A stretch of 64,000 bases of DNA. Source: Actinomycetes bacterium. GTDB lineage: Bacteria; Actinomycetota; Acidimicrobiia; Acidimicrobiales; JABEUL01. This document shows, in pieces, positions 60,723 through 64,000 of this stretch. The position numbers and the translations under genes are program-made. The stretch covers positions 29,070 through 93,069 of the forward strand of contig JAJZNL010000055.1 in NCBI GenBank assembly GCA_021852345.1, read 5' to 3'. Positions within the stretch are counted from its first letter, which is position 1. The number at the start of each line of letters is the position of its first letter. Under the pieces are notes generated by a model. The model saw only the letters and a program-made list of their open reading frames with translations, was not told where the DNA came from and ran no database searches.

Positions 60723-62789
60723 ATGAAACCCCCTAAAGCCGAACGCATAAAAAAAGAACTGACCGCATTTTCCGACACTCGAATTGACGATTATTATTGG
60801 TTGGCAAACCGGCAAGACGAAAGAGTATTAAAGTTACTCAATTCCGAAAATGCATACTATGCGGAAAATATTGAATCCTACAAACCTTTAATAGAAACAA
60901 TCTATAGCGAGATTGTTTCTACGATCGTAGAAGATGTCAGGACCGTACCCGTCAAAATCAAAGATTGGGTTTACCTAGTTCGGTACGAAAAAAACCTTCA
61001 GTACCCTATCTATACCAGAAAACCCTTTATTGGCGATATTTCCATGCGAATTCCCACTCCCGGCGAAGGTATGGACGTTGATGAAATTGAGTTGTTGGAT
61101 GTAAACAAGATTTCAAAAGATTACGAGTTCTTCAACTTGGGTGATCTTCAAATAAGTATAGATTCAAATACCATGGCGTACTCTTATGATACGGACGGAT
61201 CGGAAACTTATAACGCAAAGATAATCGATTTAAAAAATGACAATGAAATTGATCAACTATTAAATATCTATTCAACTCTCGTGTGGCATAAAGATAATAA
61301 GCATATTTATTATCTGAAACTGGATGATGAGATGCGACCTTTTCAAGTATGGTGCCATACGATAGGACAAGATCAGCAAAATGATTTACTTATATATGAA
61401 GAGCAAGATGATGCATATTTCGTAGATGTCTCCGCCACTAAAGATGACAGATATATCATAATAAGTTCTAACTCTAAAATTACCTCCGATGTTCACCTTA
61501 TAAATTCAGACGTCGGTTTCGCTGAGATTCGTCGCTTTACGGCTAAAGTTAACGGTCACGAATATCACGTTGAACACCTAGGCAATCGTTTTTATATTGT
61601 TACAAATTTAAATGCCATAAATTTCAAAGTTATGTCCTGTGGGGAGGATTCAACCAGAATGAATTCTTGGATAGAACTTACCGAACATCAAGAAAATGTC
61701 AGAGTAGAATCTTTGGAGACCTTCAAAGATCATCTTGTTATCTCGAAAAGATCTAACGCTGATACATATTTTGAGATAATTGATTTATCCACCCAACAAA
61801 GACATGAATTTAAGGGATCTAAAGAGTTTTCAACGGTATATTTAAACGTTAATCCCGATATAGATGCCGTTACCTTAAGATACTCCGAACAATCCTTAAA
61901 ATATCCCGAAGCGATCTACGAACTAAATCTTAACGATAAATCCACGAGGTTATTGTGGCAGCGACCGTTTAACAACTTTAATCCTGAAGACTATGCTACA
62001 AACAGGTATTTTGCCGTTTCCAAAGACGGAACAGAAATTCCCTATACAATAATCTACAAGACAGCAGGCGACATCACCGATAGACCTTGCCTGCTTTACG
62101 CATACGGTGCATATGAGATTTCTTTGGATCCATGGTTTTCTCCGTCAAGGCTTTCACTCCTAAACAGAGGATATATATTTGCCGTCGCTCATGCAAGAGG
62201 CGGTGGAGAGAACGGAAGACTATGGTATGAAAACGGTAAGAGAAACAACAAGATGAATACCTTTTATGACGTCATTGCCGTTGCTACAGACCTAATTGAC
62301 AAAGACCTCACGTCGGCAACCAAGTTAGCTCTGCGAGGAGGTTCGGCCGGCGGTTTAACAGTAGGTGCGGTAATCAACATGGCCGGCGAACTTTTTAAAG
62401 CGGCAATTGCCGAAGTACCTTTTGTGGATACCCTAACTACGATGTCAGACCCAGATCTGCCCTTAACTGTGACGGAGTGGGATGAATGGGGGAATCCGTT
62501 GGAAAACAGTGAGGACTATTTCTACATAAAAAACTACTCACCTTATGACAACATCAAAACTGATATGGACTATCCCAAGATTCTCGCCACCGCTGGATTA
62601 AACGATCCAAGAGTTGGGTATTTTGAACCCGCGAAATGGGTTCAAAAACTCAGATATTTGAATCCAAGAAGTCAAGTTTTATTAAAGGTTGAGTTGGGAG
62701 CCGGCCACCAAGGTCCGTCTGGTCGCTATAACGAGTACGAGGAAGAAGCCGAAGTGCTGGCTTTTTTGCTTACCACCTTATCTGAATGA
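60723..62789 (+). CDS. ptrB: Oligopeptidase B (S9A)
   Basis: DDYYWL, YGAYE, RGGGE, GGSAGG (Ser), DPRV (Asp), GAGH (His). Confidence 0.93.
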   Translation: MKPPKAERIKKELTAFSDTRIDDYYWLANRQDERVLKLLNSENAYYAENIESYKPLIETIYSEIVSTIVEDVRTVPVKIKDWVYLVRYEKNLQYPIYTRKPFIGDISMRIPTPGEGMDVDEIELLDVNKISKDYEFFNLGDLQISIDSNTMAYSYDTDGSETYNAKIIDLKNDNEIDQLLNIYSTLVWHKDNKHIYYLKLDDEMRPFQVWCHTIGQDQQNDLLIYEEQDDAYFVDVSATKDDRYIIISSNSKITSDVHLINSDVGFAEIRRFTAKVNGHEYHVEHLGNRFYIVTNLNAINFKVMSCGEDSTRMNSWIELTEHQENVRVESLETFKDHLVISKRSNADTYFEIIDLSTQQRHEFKGSKEFSTVYLNVNPDIDAVTLRYSEQSLKYPEAIYELNLNDKSTRLLWQRPFNNFNPEDYATNRYFAVSKDGTEIPYTIIYKTAGDITDRPCLLYAYGAYEISLDPWFSPSRLSLLNRGYIFAVAHARGGGENGRLWYENGKRNNKMNTFYDVIAVATDLIDKDLTSATKLALRGGSAGGLTVGAVINMAGELFKAAIAEVPFVDTLTTMSDPDLPLTVTEWDEWGNPLENSEDYFYIKNYSPYDNIKTDMDYPKILATAGLNDPRVGYFEPAKWVQKLRYLNPRSQVLLKVELGAGHQGPSGRYNEYEEEAEVLAFLLTTLSE

Positions 62790-62981
62790 AAAGACCTAAG
62801 GTAATATAAATCGACTAGAAGGGTAACAATTCTTACCTGCCGACATTGTATATATCGATGTATATCTCTATACAGGTTACTTTTAATAAAAATCCCGTTA
62901 GAGTGGGCTAACTCAAATATTGAACGATAGGTTTATGCGGACTAAAGGCGCATTCAACCAATTGCGATTCATAAATCGGAT

Positions 62982-63788
62982 TTAACGAAACTCAAAAGTG
63001 CCGTAAGAGCTTCCCTGTGGGAAAGACATGGGAACCCCATTTACCGTTACGCTGGCACCAGTATTACCCAAAATTAGATTTATCGGGCCTGTAACAGTAA
63101 CACTTTGACTGGAGCCTGCGGCCATTGTTTGTCCAACCACATTGGTTGACTTAGAGCTGTTCGGATTCTCAGTAACTTCAACCCAACTGGCTTTAGTCAC
63201 GGTTATATTTAATTTATATTTACCTTGAGGCGCACTGTAAACCACCGCAGATGACGAAACCGAAGAGGGTTGAACTGAAGCAAGTGTTGTGGTCGTAGGT
63301 GGAGTAGACGTGGTTGTCTTGGATTTAGGGACTGTCGTAGAAGGTACTAGTGAATTTGTGCTTTTAGAGCCTGAAGAAGGTGACACAAGTAATATAAAAG
63401 CAGCCACCAAAGCCACTATGATAATTACTGCAGCAAGACCTGTTGCCACAGTAATAATCGGAGGAAGACCAAAAGAATTGTAATATCCTGCAGGAGGCGA
63501 ATCTTCCAGTTTCACTGCTTTTTGAACATACGTGTTTGGTCCGCCGTAATAGTTATCGTCATATTCTTGATCGTCATCGGCGAACCCACGATCCTTTTCG
63601 GATGATCCGGTCTGTTTGATCTTATTTTGAACTAGACCCGTGCGGGTTCCATCGGTAACCCTTTTAATACCTTCGATACGCTTGGAATGAGACTTGATAT
63701 GACCCGACGTAGAATCCGATCCGAAGGCAAATCTCCAGATTACAATCACTACTGCAATCATGAGCAAAATTATTGCTACCAAAAGCAT
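62982..63788 (-). CDS. Membrane protein with C-terminal DUF4115 (RodZ C-terminal-like) domain
   Basis: Two hydrophobic segments, S/T-rich stalk, SWVEV...LILGNTGASVTVNG. Confidence 0.7.
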   Translation of the reverse strand: MLLVAIILLMIAVVIVIWRFAFGSDSTSGHIKSHSKRIEGIKRVTDGTRTGLVQNKIKQTGSSEKDRGFADDDQEYDDNYYGGPNTYVQKAVKLEDSPPAGYYNSFGLPPIITVATGLAAVIIIVALVAAFILLVSPSSGSKSTNSLVPSTTVPKSKTTTSTPPTTTTLASVQPSSVSSSAVVYSAPQGKYKLNITVTKASWVEVTENPNSSKSTNVVGQTMAAGSSQSVTVTGPINLILGNTGASVTVNGVPMSFPQGSSYGTFEFR

Positions 63789-63830
63789 CCAAATACATCC
63801 TTTTTTGTTAAATAGATTGTTTCACCTATC

Positions 63831-64000
63831 TTACGTCCTCATCGGGAAATGCGGTACCAAATGACTAGGAATATCCTTATAATGCGGATTATTCATATCC
63901 CGATTTGAAACAATCGGATCTTGTATTCCCCAATCTATATTAAGTTCTGGGTCATTAAATGCAACTCCATTTTCATCATTTTGGTTATAGTAACCGTCGA
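63831..64000 (-). CDS. rmlC: dTDP-4-dehydrorhamnose 3,5-epimerase, C-terminal part (start lies outside the window)
   Basis: Own translation ...DGYYNQNDENGVAFNDPELNIDWGIQDPIVSNRD...PMRT*, matching the RmlC tail YY...E.G...NDP...IDW.....S.RD. Confidence 0.75.
   Translation of the reverse strand, partial: DGYYNQNDENGVAFNDPELNIDWGIQDPIVSNRDMNNPHYKDIPSHLVPHFPMRT

Overview
A 64-kb, gene-dense chromosomal segment from an unusually AT-rich bacterium (roughly 40% GC by eye). Its marker genes (DUF501, Rv2466c-like DsbA, DesA1-type desaturase, MenJ-like reductase, actinobacterial NuoF/NuoI) point to an actinobacterium, plausibly Acidimicrobiia (inference). From left to right it holds: a lipid/acyl-CoA catabolic operon (acyl-CoA dehydrogenase, CoA ligase, SCP2-type thiolase, nitroreductase) preceded by DosR/DevR-like boxes; an MFS transporter; a GT4 glycosyltransferase fused to a PilZ domain; and the eno-divIC-DUF501-ppx operon with a six-gene form II CoxLSM/XdhC/MocA/CoxG molybdoenzyme cassette inside it. 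Next come MarR plus a DHA2 efflux pump, a sortase-like protein, a ROK/polyphosphate glucokinase with a basic N-terminal tail, an Ntn-acylase, a complete nuoA-N operon, tetrapyrrole genes, desA, ptrB and the end of rmlC. No rRNA, tRNA, CRISPR array, transposase or integrase was seen. The most novel-looking signal is an unannotated ~240-nt multi-helix structured-RNA candidate at 29777-30018. All calls come from reading motifs by eye; no database searches were run.
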